Notes: generated by a model from the letters alone, not told the origin. A DNA stretch of 64,000 bases from an alpha proteobacterium SCGC AAA536-G10 (GCA_905182395.1 CAJJBL010000022.1:281-64280); one strand, 5' to 3'. Positions 20,253 through 30,288 are shown, numbered from the stretch's first letter. Numbers and translations: made by a program.

Positions 20253-21977
20253 TTAATATCTAAGGTCAAATAATTGATTTTTAAAAACATGAACTTTAAC
20301 ATGTTTTCCTTTAGCAATATTATATCCTTTAATTATACCTACTTCTTTTATTAACAATTTTAATTCTGAAGCTATGTTTAAGAAATCATCCAATGACTTT
20401 GTTTCAACTAAACCTATATTATTTTTCCCTTCTACCAAAAAAACGGCAACTTCTTCAGGAGTAGATAACATTATATTCCCATTAAGCAAAAAAACTAAAC
20501 TTGGTTCATGATAACCTGTTGCTGCTATGGCATCTGGCTGAATCATTTTAATTTTATTTGCAATTAATTTGCTAGGATATAAATAATCTAATTTAGGAAA
20601 AATAAATTTAAAATTAATAATATTAAATAAAGTTGCAAACCCTATTATTAAAAAAGGTATATTATAAATAATACTTTTAGACTTGTTTCTATAAAGTTTT
20701 GTTTTAATTAATAAAACCATGCTTAGAACAAATATTATTAGGGTAATCATAAAGGCTATAATAGCTGATATTATTATACTAAGATCATGGTTATAATTAA
20801 ATTTAATAGATAAATATAAAATAGCTCCCCCTAACACAACTCCACCTAAACCAAAAAGTGTTGAGAAACTAATAAGGGCTCTTCGAGCCAATTGATTATT
20901 TATATTTTCAATATTTGATTTGAGATGAAATAGGCTGCCTATTGAAAGTATCGCTATGGCAGGGAGAATAGGAAGAGAATAATGAAGTAATTTAGTTGGA
21001 ACTATTTCAATTAAAATCCAAAAAGGAATTATCCAACAAATTAGAAATTGAATAACTATATTACTCTTATTTTTTATAAAAAATATTATTGAACCGGGTA
21101 TAAATATAGCTAATGGCCATAATGTAATAGATAATAGCAACAAGTGTGTTCCAGGCCATGCACCATGTCCTTCTTGACCACTTTTTAGTTTAGAAAAAAA
21201 ATCTTCATTAAATGCTTTTTCAATAAAGAGACCTTGAGTTGAATTATTTATAGCAATAAACCAAGGAAGAATAATAATTGAACAAATAACTATACCTAAG
21301 AGAGGATTTAATAATTTTACTAAAGAAAAATCTTTTCGAAGAAAACAAAAACTTATTAAAGTCAAACCAAATATGATAATAGATAATGGCCCTTTAACTA
21401 AAATACCAAATGAAAATACAATCCAAAAAATTGAAGGAAACCAATACTTAATTTGTTTTGAAGTTCCTTTTTTTAATATTAATTTTAAAAGGTAATATTG
21501 TTGTATACATATCAAAGCTAATAAAGTCGCATCTGTTTTTGCTAAATGTGCCTCACCTATAAAAACAATGCTTGAAGCAAAAAACAGCGTTATTATTATA
21601 GATTGATACAAAGGAAATATTAACCTAGATAACAATCCTACAAAGAAAAGTGATATTATTGAGCTTATTAAAGACGGTATACGAAAGGATGAAATTTCTG
21701 TTTCACCAAAAAATTTAGCAGATAAAGCTTGTATCCAATAAATTCCTACGGGCTTTTTCGCCCTTATTTCATCTTGAAACTTAATATTAATAAAATCATT
21801 GTTTTGTATCATTTGCCTACTTGCTTGTGCAAAGCGAGCTTCGTCACGATCAATCGGTGGCAAAGTATTTTGGCCTACAAAAAGTGCTGTAAAAGACAAA
21901 AAAAATAAAACGCAAATTGTTAAAAAATTAAATTTTCCAATTTCTTTTATATAATTTTTGATATTTAATATTGTCAT
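20253..21977 (-). CDS. ArnT/PMT-like (GT39/GT83) membrane glycosyltransferase
   Basis: 574 aa, more than 10 TM helices. First periplasmic loop carries DRDEARFAQASRQM (the DE..R motif of ArnT-like enzymes). Confidence 0.75.
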   Translation of the reverse strand: MTILNIKNYIKEIGKFNFLTICVLFFLSFTALFVGQNTLPPIDRDEARFAQASRQMIQNNDFINIKFQDEIRAKKPVGIYWIQALSAKFFGETEISSFRIPSLISSIISLFFVGLLSRLIFPLYQSIIITLFFASSIVFIGEAHLAKTDATLLALICIQQYYLLKLILKKGTSKQIKYWFPSIFWIVFSFGILVKGPLSIIIFGLTLISFCFLRKDFSLVKLLNPLLGIVICSIIILPWFIAINNSTQGLFIEKAFNEDFFSKLKSGQEGHGAWPGTHLLLLSITLWPLAIFIPGSIIFFIKNKSNIVIQFLICWIIPFWILIEIVPTKLLHYSLPILPAIAILSIGSLFHLKSNIENINNQLARRALISFSTLFGLGGVVLGGAILYLSIKFNYNHDLSIIISAIIAFMITLIIFVLSMVLLIKTKLYRNKSKSIIYNIPFLIIGFATLFNIINFKFIFPKLDYLYPSKLIANKIKMIQPDAIAATGYHEPSLVFLLNGNIMLSTPEEVAVFLVEGKNNIGLVETKSLDDFLNIASELKLLIKEVGIIKGYNIAKGKHVKVHVFKNQLFDLRY

Positions 21978-22044
21978 ATATACATAAACTCAAATTTTTG
22001 ATTAAGAAATAACATAATTTAAAAATAATGTTATAATTTTTATA

Positions 22045-23541
22045 TTGGATACAAAAAATACTGTAGGGAATAAAATGGAATATAATTTTGAAAAAAAAAT
22101 AATTGGTTTTTGTGATAATAAAAAAATACCCTCTATTCCTCTATATATAATAAAGGATCTTAAAAATATAAATACTAATAAACTAATCTCTGCAGAGCAA
22201 AAAACATTTTTACAATCAGCTTTTTTATTAGAAAAAGGTTTTTTTGGATTTTTCCCAGATTTAAATAATAATGTTGGAGGAGCTGTCGCGGTAATTGAAA
22301 ACTCTAATCAACCTCGAAAAAGTATAATTGATCAAGCAGCAAAATTATCATCAAAGCTTCCTATAAAAAAATGGACCATTAAGTTTATTGACAAACAAAC
22401 TGAAGAAGAGATATACGATTTTTTACTTGGTTGGGGACTTAGTTTTTATAAATTCAACATCACAGATAACATAAAAAATAAGAGTTTAAATAATTCATTA
22501 TGTATTAATCAAATTAAAAATATACTTGATAAAAATAAATGGCAGCAATGTATTGCTGAATTAAAAAGTATTTTTATTACAAGAGACTTAATTAATTTAC
22601 CTCCAAATATTTTAACTCCTTTAAATTATGAAAAAATTATTAATAATTGTTTAAAGAAATTTTCTCCTAAAATAACAACATATAAAGGGAAATCTCTTGA
22701 AAAAAATTTCCCTCTCATTGATTTTGTTGGTCGTTCATCTGAAAATAAACCTGTGTTTTTAGATATAACTTGGAGTAAAAATAAAAAAAATAATTATCCA
22801 AATATAACATTGATAGGTAAAGGGGTTACTTTTGATAGTGGAGGGTTGGATCTAAAACCTTCAAATAGTATGATGTTAATGAAAAAAGATATGGGAGGCA
22901 GTGCTATAGCATTTGGGATAGCACACACTTTAATGAGTATAGGTTGCCCAATTAATTTAAGGCTTCTACTTCCACTTGCAGAAAACTCGGTTTCTGATCG
23001 CTCTATGAGACCTTTAGATATTTTATTTTCACGAAATAAAACTCCAGTAGAGATTGGTAATACAGATGCAGAAGGAAGGTTATTGTTAGCAGACACTCTT
23101 ACTTTTAGCCAAGAAACAGAAAGTAAAACTGATTTTATTATAGATTTTGCAACTTTAACTGGTGCAGCAAGAGTTGCATTAGGTACAGAGTTACCTGCAC
23201 TTTTTACTAACAATAAAAAATTAGGAAAAAGAATTATTGATGCCGGAATCCAAAAAGTCGATCAAATGTGGGAATTACCTTTATTTGAACCATACGAAAG
23301 ATTTTTAGATAATAAATATGATGCAATAAGTAGTACAGGTTCCTCTAATACTGGCGGAGCAATTACTGCCGCTTTATTTTTAAAAAAATTTATTAAACCA
23401 GAAACAAATTGGATACATATTGATTTAATGGCATGGAATGTTTCCGGACGACCTGGTTTTCCTGAAGGTGGAGAAGCAATGGGATTAAGAAATATAGTTA
23501 ATATGATTGTAAATTATTGTAATGATACTAATAAAAATTAA
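22045..23541 (+). CDS. M17 family leucyl aminopeptidase
   Basis: GKGVTFDSGG, MKKDMGGSA and NTDAEGRLLLAD motifs. Start uncertain (TTG 22045 or ATG 22075). Confidence 0.85.
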   Translation: MDTKNTVGNKMEYNFEKKIIGFCDNKKIPSIPLYIIKDLKNINTNKLISAEQKTFLQSAFLLEKGFFGFFPDLNNNVGGAVAVIENSNQPRKSIIDQAAKLSSKLPIKKWTIKFIDKQTEEEIYDFLLGWGLSFYKFNITDNIKNKSLNNSLCINQIKNILDKNKWQQCIAELKSIFITRDLINLPPNILTPLNYEKIINNCLKKFSPKITTYKGKSLEKNFPLIDFVGRSSENKPVFLDITWSKNKKNNYPNITLIGKGVTFDSGGLDLKPSNSMMLMKKDMGGSAIAFGIAHTLMSIGCPINLRLLLPLAENSVSDRSMRPLDILFSRNKTPVEIGNTDAEGRLLLADTLTFSQETESKTDFIIDFATLTGAARVALGTELPALFTNNKKLGKRIIDAGIQKVDQMWELPLFEPYERFLDNKYDAISSTGSSNTGGAITAALFLKKFIKPETNWIHIDLMAWNVSGRPGFPEGGEAMGLRNIVNMIVNYCNDTNKN

Positions 23542-23545
23542 ATAT

Positions 23546-24337
23546 TTATTTTAAAATTGATAACGCTGATTTATAAATATTTTTGTTATTAGACGCCAAA
23601 ACAGAAATGGAACCTTCTTTGTTTGAAGCTAGTGATAATTCACTTCCTTGCCAATCAGTTATTTTTATACCTTGCGTCTGAAGAATGGGTACAAGAGGAA
23701 TAATGTCATATAATGCAAGTCCTTCTTCAACAACTAAATCTAAATTACCATTAATTAACAATATATAATTATGACAATCTCCAGACCATATATGACTTTT
23801 AGTATTTAATAATATTTCTTTATATTTCTTTTTGCCTAGATCCGAAAACAGACTGGGAGAAGTAGAAGCAACAGTAGCTTGTGATAGATTATTATGAATA
23901 GATACTCTTGATTCAAAATCGTTTTTATTTAAATAACACCTTTTACCATAACCAAGCCATCTTTCATCTAACGCTGGAAAATCAGCAAGACCAATAATTG
24001 GCATACCTTTAAAGGCCAGGCCAATTAAAGTACCCCATAAAGGTCTTCCAATTATATAACTCCTGGTTCCATCAATAGGATCTATAATCCAAGTATAGTC
24101 GGATGCATTATTTTGTGATTCATTTTCCTCTGCAATTATATTATGATTAGGAAATTTTTCTTTTATTAGGTTAATAATTACTTTTTCAGCGTTTATATCA
24201 TACTGTGTAACAGGACTTCCATCCTCTTTACCTATAACTTGATGAGATAAGTTAAAGCCAGTCATTGTAATTTTTTTTGCACTGTCAGCTAACAAATAAA
24301 TGAATTCTGAAATCTCTGTTAATTCAGTTTCATTCAT
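23546..24337 (-). CDS. inositol monophosphatase family protein (possibly HisN-type histidinol-phosphatase)
   Basis: IIAEE and WIIDPIDGTRSY motifs; 263 aa. Confidence 0.8.
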   Translation of the reverse strand: MNETELTEISEFIYLLADSAKKITMTGFNLSHQVIGKEDGSPVTQYDINAEKVIINLIKEKFPNHNIIAEENESQNNASDYTWIIDPIDGTRSYIIGRPLWGTLIGLAFKGMPIIGLADFPALDERWLGYGKRCYLNKNDFESRVSIHNNLSQATVASTSPSLFSDLGKKKYKEILLNTKSHIWSGDCHNYILLINGNLDLVVEEGLALYDIIPLVPILQTQGIKITDWQGSELSLASNKEGSISVLASNNKNIYKSALSILK

Positions 24338-24376
24338 TTAAAATAACCTTTGTTTAACAACAAAAAACTATATTTT

Positions 24377-24916
24377 TTACTGGCCAGGAAGAGGTACAGG
24401 CTTATTAGATTTTGTCCTTAACCAAGCTATTAAGTTGGCTCTATCATTTGTTTTGGTTAAGCCAGCGTAGTTCATTTTTGTACCCTTAACATATTCTTTA
24501 GGCTTGTATAAAAATTTATTTAATTCCTCATAAGACCATTGACCTGACATTGCCAAAAAAGCTTTTGAATATGCAAACTCTGCTTTAGCTTGTTCGCGTC
24601 CGATAATATCATATAAATTTGGACCTACTTTATTAGCTCCTCCAGATTCAAATCCATGACAAGCTGAACATTTTTTTGCAACTTTTTGACCTGCCTCAAT
24701 ATTAGCTCCTGATAACATTGCAAGTATTGGCTCAATAACAGTAACACTAACCTCTTTTATTGCATTAGCAGCATTATCAGGCACCTCTATTGGGTATGCA
24801 TTGCTTATAGATGTGTTTGGATGAACTAAAAAACTACCTAATTTACCAAAACCTAATATTAATAAACCTCCACATAGAATAGCTGCGGCTATTTTGTTAA
24901 ACTTCAGTGCGTCCAT
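24377..24916 (-). CDS. membrane-anchored class I c-type cytochrome (CycM-like)
   Basis: N-terminal TM anchor, CSACH haem-binding motif, distal Met region (KMNYAGL). Confidence 0.8.
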   Translation of the reverse strand: MDALKFNKIAAAILCGGLLILGFGKLGSFLVHPNTSISNAYPIEVPDNAANAIKEVSVTVIEPILAMLSGANIEAGQKVAKKCSACHGFESGGANKVGPNLYDIIGREQAKAEFAYSKAFLAMSGQWSYEELNKFLYKPKEYVKGTKMNYAGLTKTNDRANLIAWLRTKSNKPVPLPGQ

Positions 24917-25057
24917 AAACTTACCGATCTAATAAAAAATTTGAATAACTAATCCAATATTTACATGCAAGATTGTGATACTTCAAGTATAATTATTTTA
25001 AAATATAATTATTTGTCATTTTTTTTAAATAATAGAAATATTATGTATGAATTTTAA

Positions 25058-25855
25058 TTGATAAAGATAAAATTAAAAATTATAAGGAATTTAGCATTGG
25101 ACTTTTCAGACTTCATAATCATAATCCCAGCTAGAATTGGTTCCACACGCCTACCTAACAAGCCTTTGTTAGAAATAAAAGGTGTCCCAATGATTCTTCA
25201 TGCTTATAACAGTGCTAAAAAAGCCAATTTAGGTACTCCAATCATAGTTGCAACAGATGATCATAAAATTGCAAATGTAGTAAATGAAAGTGGTGGAATA
25301 GCTATTATAACCTCAAACAATCATGTGAGTGGATCAGACAGAATTTACGAAGCTATAGAAAAGTATGACCCTGAAATGAAATTTAAAAAAATAATTCACT
25401 TACAAGGAGACCTTCCAAATATATCTGGTGAATTAATTAAAAATTTAGCAAAAATTATTAAAGATGACAAAAAAGATATAGCAACAGCTGTCGTTAAAGC
25501 AACACCTGATGAGTTAGACGATCCATCCATAGTTAAAGTAGCTATAGCTTTTGGGAAAGATAATCCAAAATTAGGTGATATAGGAAGAGCAATATATTTT
25601 AGTAGAGCTTGTATACCCACAGGATCTTTAGATGTTTGGCATCATATTGGTATCTATGCTTGGAAAAGAAATATCTTGAAAAAATTTATTACCTTACCAG
25701 CATCTCCTTTAGAAAAATTAGAAAAATTAGAACAACTAAGAGCAATAGAATCCCGTATAGACATTCATGCTATTATAACATCTGAACATCCAATAGGAGT
25801 TGATACAGAACTAGATCTTAAAAAAGCAGAAAAATATTTCAACGACTTTACTTAA
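25058..25855 (+). CDS. kdsB: 3-deoxy-manno-octulosonate cytidylyltransferase (CMP-KDO synthetase)
   Basis: IIIPARIGSTRLPNKPL, VATDD, SGSDR and LQGDLP motifs. No in-frame ATG near the conserved N-terminus; start is TTG 25058 or TTG about 25096. Confidence 0.85.
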   Translation: MIKIKLKIIRNLALDFSDFIIIIPARIGSTRLPNKPLLEIKGVPMILHAYNSAKKANLGTPIIVATDDHKIANVVNESGGIAIITSNNHVSGSDRIYEAIEKYDPEMKFKKIIHLQGDLPNISGELIKNLAKIIKDDKKDIATAVVKATPDELDDPSIVKVAIAFGKDNPKLGDIGRAIYFSRACIPTGSLDVWHHIGIYAWKRNILKKFITLPASPLEKLEKLEQLRAIESRIDIHAIITSEHPIGVDTELDLKKAEKYFNDFT

Positions 25856-25911
25856 ATTTTCATATAATATTATAAAGAGTAAAAATAGAAATAAAAATAC
25901 AAGAGAGTTAT

Positions 25912-26763
25912 ATGATCAGTCAAAAACAAGATAAATTAGTTGTAGCCTTTCAAGGTATGCCTGGCGCGTATTCTAATATAGCTTGTGAAGCTTATTTTAA
26001 TGAAATTACAACCTTACCATGTAACTCATTTGAAGACATGCTCAAAACTACAAAAAAAGGAATATCTGATTATGCTATGGTACCAGTAGAAAATTCTTTA
26101 GCTGGAAGAGTAGCAGATATTCATCATTTGATACCTGAAAGTGGACTTTTTATAATAGGAGAACATTTTCAAAGAGTTAATCACCAATTATTAGGCCTTC
26201 CGAACACAAAAATTGAAGATCTGAAATCAGTAAAAAGTCATGCTCAGGGATTGGCTCAATGTAGAAAAGTGCTTAATAAATTTAACTTAACTCCTATACA
26301 ACATATCGATACCGCTGGAGCAGCAGAAGAAATTTTTAGAATTGGAGATCCTACAATAGGAGCTATTGCATCAAAAATGGCTGCTGAAATATATGGTTTG
26401 TCCATATTAAAAGAAAATATAGAAGATGCAGAACATAATACGACTAGGTTTCTTATAATGGCAAAGAAACCTATAATGCCACCCATAGATATTCAAACAA
26501 CTGTTACAACTATAATCTTTGAAGTAAGATCAGTTCCAGCGGCCTTGTATAAAGTTCTGGGAGGATTTGCAACTAATGGAATTAATCTTACTAAACTTGA
26601 GAGCTATATTGGCGGAAAAGAAATGAATGCTGCCCGTTTCTATGTAGATGCAGAGGGGCATCCTGAGACAGTTTCAATGAAAAATGCATTAGAAGAGATG
26701 CATTTTTATAGCGAACCTAATTCTGTAAAAATTATAGGTACTTATTCAAGAAAGAAAAAATAA
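25912..26763 (+). CDS. pheA: prephenate dehydratase
   Basis: VAFQGMPGAYS, PVENSLAGRV and TRF motifs plus a C-terminal ACT domain. Confidence 0.85.
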   Translation: MISQKQDKLVVAFQGMPGAYSNIACEAYFNEITTLPCNSFEDMLKTTKKGISDYAMVPVENSLAGRVADIHHLIPESGLFIIGEHFQRVNHQLLGLPNTKIEDLKSVKSHAQGLAQCRKVLNKFNLTPIQHIDTAGAAEEIFRIGDPTIGAIASKMAAEIYGLSILKENIEDAEHNTTRFLIMAKKPIMPPIDIQTTVTTIIFEVRSVPAALYKVLGGFATNGINLTKLESYIGGKEMNAARFYVDAEGHPETVSMKNALEEMHFYSEPNSVKIIGTYSRKKK

Positions 26764-26826
26764 AATCTTAAATAAAAGTTTTAGAATTTCTTGCAAATAT
26801 CAAATATTTATAACATATATATTAAT

Positions 26827-26914
26827 GAAGGGTCACACGGACGTAATTCTTGCCAATCCGGTCAGGTCCGAAAGGAAGCAGCCGTAACAATGATAGCGGG
26901 TTGTGCGGCCCTTC
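26827..26914 (+). ncRNA. ffs: signal recognition particle RNA (4.5S / small bacterial SRP RNA)
   Basis: Contains the near-invariant domain IV motif GGTCAGGTCCGAAAGGAAGCAGCC. GAAGGG at 26827 pairs with CCCTTC at 26909-26914 to close a long hairpin, followed by a T-run. It is a GC-rich patch in AT-rich DNA, in the conserved position just upstream of dnaX. Confidence 0.8.
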
Positions 26915-26921
26915 ATATTTT

Positions 26922-28589
26922 TTGCAAAATTTAAATACGAGATCTCAAATTAATAATATTAATGAACAAATAAATTATAGAGTTTTGGCTCGCAAATATA
27001 GACCCATTGATTTTAAAGAATTAATTGGCCAAGACACTCTTGTAAAAACATTACAGAACTCACTAAGTAAAGGTCGCTTAGCTCATGCATTTTTATTAAC
27101 AGGAATTAGAGGTGTAGGAAAAACAACAACTGCAAGAATTATAGCTAAAGCCCTAAATTGTATTGGTGAAGGAAATAATACAGAACCAACTTTTGAAATA
27201 TGTAACAAGTGTTCTCCATGCCGGTCTATTAATAAAGGTAACTTCCTAGATGTTATAGAAGTTGATGCAGCAAGTAGAACTGGAGTTGATGGTATTAGAG
27301 AAATTATTGATGCAGTTATGTACTCACCTAATGATGGCAGATATAAAGTCTATATCATTGATGAAGTTCATATGTTATCAAATGCAGCTTTTAATGCTTT
27401 GTTGAAAACACTTGAAGAACCTCCTGAAAATGTAAAATTTATATTTGCTACTACTGAGATAAGAAAAATACCAGCTACAATTATTTCCAGATGTCAGAGA
27501 TTTGATTTACAAAGAGTAAATATTGAAATCTTAACTACACATTTAGAAAAAATTTGTAAGCTAGAAAATATTTTCTTTGAACAAGATGCTATCCATCAAA
27601 TATGTAAAGCAAGTGAAGGTTCCGTTAGAGATTCATTATCATTGTTAGATCAAGCAGCTTCTTTATGTAACGATAATATTAAAGATGAAATTGTAATTAA
27701 TATGCTAGGACTAAATGGATATGAAAATAACATCAAACTAATTGAACTTTGTCTTTTAAGCGATTGTAGTGAAGCCTTAAAAGTTTACGATAAAATATTA
27801 TATAATGGCATACAACCTATTCAATTAATAAATAATCTTCTCGAAGTATGTCATTACGCATCAAAACTTAATGTTATAAAAGTTGACAATAGTTTATCAG
27901 AATCATTCCAGAAAACTATACTAAACTTATCTTCATATGGTCTTCCTAAACTTGTAAGATTATGGCAAATATTAATAAAAGGAATTGAAGAGTTAAGATA
28001 CGCTCCAAGTGAATATCAAGCAGGATCAATGATCATAATTAAATTATGTTATGCTTCTTCATTACCAGATCCAGGTGAACTAGTAAAAAAAATTTCTAAT
28101 ACTAAATCCTCAGATAAACAAAATATTAATGAATTTAATAGTAATAATAATAATAATAATAATAATACGGATATTTCAAATATAGAAAAAAAATTGATTA
28201 AAAATGCTGCTGATCAAATTATAGAATACGAAAATCCCAAAAACTTTGATGCAATGTTAAAAACATTACTAAAAAACAAAGAAGTTTTACTCCATGCTCA
28301 AATAGTTAATAATGCTCATTTAGTAAAATACGAAGAAGGATTTATTGAAATAAGATTAAAAGAAAATACTAATACTGAAATTATAAAAAGCTTATCTTTA
28401 GCTCTAGAAAAACTAACTAATATTAAATGGATAGTAAAACTATCCACTCAAGAAGGAGATAAAACAGTAACAGAAAAAAAGAATATTGAGAATAATAAGA
28501 TAGAAGATAATATTAAATTAAATACTAACGTTGCAGAAGTTTTCAAACATTTTCCAGAGGCTGAAATAACCTCTATTAAAAATATTTAA
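26922..28589 (+). CDS. dnaX: DNA polymerase III subunit tau/gamma
   Basis: YRVLARKYRP, GIRGVGKTT (Walker A), zinc module CNKCSPC, IIDEVHML and SRCQRF. The ORF-track start at 26850 overlaps the SRP RNA, so the start is moved to the first in-frame TTG after ffs. Exact start unresolved. Confidence 0.88.
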   Translation: MQNLNTRSQINNINEQINYRVLARKYRPIDFKELIGQDTLVKTLQNSLSKGRLAHAFLLTGIRGVGKTTTARIIAKALNCIGEGNNTEPTFEICNKCSPCRSINKGNFLDVIEVDAASRTGVDGIREIIDAVMYSPNDGRYKVYIIDEVHMLSNAAFNALLKTLEEPPENVKFIFATTEIRKIPATIISRCQRFDLQRVNIEILTTHLEKICKLENIFFEQDAIHQICKASEGSVRDSLSLLDQAASLCNDNIKDEIVINMLGLNGYENNIKLIELCLLSDCSEALKVYDKILYNGIQPIQLINNLLEVCHYASKLNVIKVDNSLSESFQKTILNLSSYGLPKLVRLWQILIKGIEELRYAPSEYQAGSMIIIKLCYASSLPDPGELVKKISNTKSSDKQNINEFNSNNNNNNNNTDISNIEKKLIKNAADQIIEYENPKNFDAMLKTLLKNKEVLLHAQIVNNAHLVKYEEGFIEIRLKENTNTEIIKSLSLALEKLTNIKWIVKLSTQEGDKTVTEKKNIENNKIEDNIKLNTNVAEVFKHFPEAEITSIKNI

Positions 28590-28626
28590 TTAATAATATT
28601 TGGATAAAATATCGGAAAAATTAAAA

Positions 28627-29220
28627 ATGTCAGAACAAATTCTTGAAAAACTAATTAAAAAAGTATCAAGACTTCCAGGTCTAGGACCAAGATCATCAAG
28701 ACGAGTGGTATTGCATTTACTAAAAAATAAAGAAAAATATCTTCTACCTCTAATTAATGATTTATCTCAAGTAGCTGATAATATAAAAAGTTGTAATGAG
28801 TGTGGAAACTTAGATCAAGATGATGTCTGTGAAATTTGCAAAAATCCACTCAGAAAAAATAATTTAATTTGTGTTGTAGAAACAGTGGCAGATTTATGGG
28901 CATTAGAAAGAACTCAAGTATATGAAGGAAAATATCATATATTGGGAGGTGTTCTTTCGGCGATAGATGGAATAAATCCAGAACAGTTAAATATTAATTC
29001 ACTTGAAAGCAGATTAAAAAAACAAAATTGTACTGAAGTTATTATAGCTATATCCGCTACACTTGATGGACAAACAACAGCTCATTATATTGCTGATAGA
29101 CTGAATACTTTTAATATTAAAATTACTAGACTGGCACATGGAGTGCCTATAGGTGGAGAACTTGATTTTCTTGATGATGGAACTATTGCTCAAGCATTAA
29201 AAGCTAGAAATGAAATGTAA
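28627..29220 (+). CDS. recR: recombination protein RecR
   Basis: LPGLGPRSSRR helix-hairpin-helix, C4 zinc finger CNECGN...CEIC, Toprim domain. ATG at 28627 preferred over TTG 28600. Confidence 0.9.
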   Translation: MSEQILEKLIKKVSRLPGLGPRSSRRVVLHLLKNKEKYLLPLINDLSQVADNIKSCNECGNLDQDDVCEICKNPLRKNNLICVVETVADLWALERTQVYEGKYHILGGVLSAIDGINPEQLNINSLESRLKKQNCTEVIIAISATLDGQTTAHYIADRLNTFNIKITRLAHGVPIGGELDFLDDGTIAQALKARNEM

Positions 29221-29223
29221 AAC

Positions 29224-30288
29224 TTATTCTATTTTTTTCTTTTGATTGATCTCGATTATTTTTTCATCAATATCTATGGATGTTATAACATCACCTCTAT
29301 TTTCAATTTTCCTTTGCGAAATTTTAATATCATCTAAATCTTTTCGTGCTAAATCAAAATGTTTGTCTAACTTAAAAACTCTGTCTGCCAATAAATTTAA
29401 ATCTATTATTAATTTTCGAACTTCAATTTGAATTTTACCCGCAGTTTGACTCATCGTTACATCTCTTAAAATTGCTCTTACTGTATGCAAGAGAAGCATC
29501 AAGTTATCAGGACCAGCCATGTAAACTTTTTTAATTCTGCTTTCATTAACTAGCTTAGGAAATCTTATATTTATTTCTGAATAAATAGACTCACTTGGCA
29601 AAAACATAATTGCTGAATCAGCTGTTTCACCAGGCAAAATATATTTTTCAGAAATATCTTTAATATGCTTTTGAACTGCATTATGAAATAATTTAAGATA
29701 ATTATTTTTATCTTGTTCATTTGAAGCGCCTACAAACTTTTTATAATCTTCTAAAGGAAATTTTGAGTCTATACAAATAGGACCAGGTGGCTCAGGCATT
29801 TTAACTATACAATCAACTCGATTGTTGGATGAAAGAGTATATTGAAACTGATATGCATTTTGTGGAAGAGCATCTTTAACTATGTTTTCAAGTTGAACTT
29901 CTCCAAATGCTCCTCTTAATTGTTTATTTGATAAGATATTTTGCAAGTCATTAACTTGATTTGATAGAGCACTTATATTTTCTTGGGCTCTATCAATAAT
30001 AGCCAACCTTTGATGCATTTCTGTCAATGATTTTTGAGTAGTTTCTGTTTGATGGGTTAAGCTATTACCTAAAGAAGAACCAAAACTACCAAGTCTCTCT
30101 TCTATAGATTGACTCATCTGCAAAACAGCACCTTTTAATTCTAAAATTTGATTTATTTCTTCTCTTTCAGAACCATTTGAAAAGTTTTTATTATTTTTAT
30201 TGTCAAAATACATTTTGCATATTTGATAAACAAGAATTAACAAAAGTATAAAAGATATAAATAATATTAAAATATATTGAAAATTCAT
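29224..30288 (-). CDS. rmuC: DNA recombination protein RmuC
   Basis: N-terminal TM helix, coiled-coil, and RGAFGEVQLENI..., IDSKFPLE and MFLPSESIY motifs. Confidence 0.8.
   Translation of the reverse strand: MNFQYILILFISFILLLILVYQICKMYFDNKNNKNFSNGSEREEINQILELKGAVLQMSQSIEERLGSFGSSLGNSLTHQTETTQKSLTEMHQRLAIIDRAQENISALSNQVNDLQNILSNKQLRGAFGEVQLENIVKDALPQNAYQFQYTLSSNNRVDCIVKMPEPPGPICIDSKFPLEDYKKFVGASNEQDKNNYLKLFHNAVQKHIKDISEKYILPGETADSAIMFLPSESIYSEINIRFPKLVNESRIKKVYMAGPDNLMLLLHTVRAILRDVTMSQTAGKIQIEVRKLIIDLNLLADRVFKLDKHFDLARKDLDDIKISQRKIENRGDVITSIDIDEKIIEINQKKKIE

Noticed and set aside
26850-26921. First 24 codons of the ORF-track dnaX prediction.
   Set aside because: They coincide with the SRP RNA gene. 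The peptide (MPIRSGPKGSSRNNDSGLCGPSYF) is the structured RNA read as protein.
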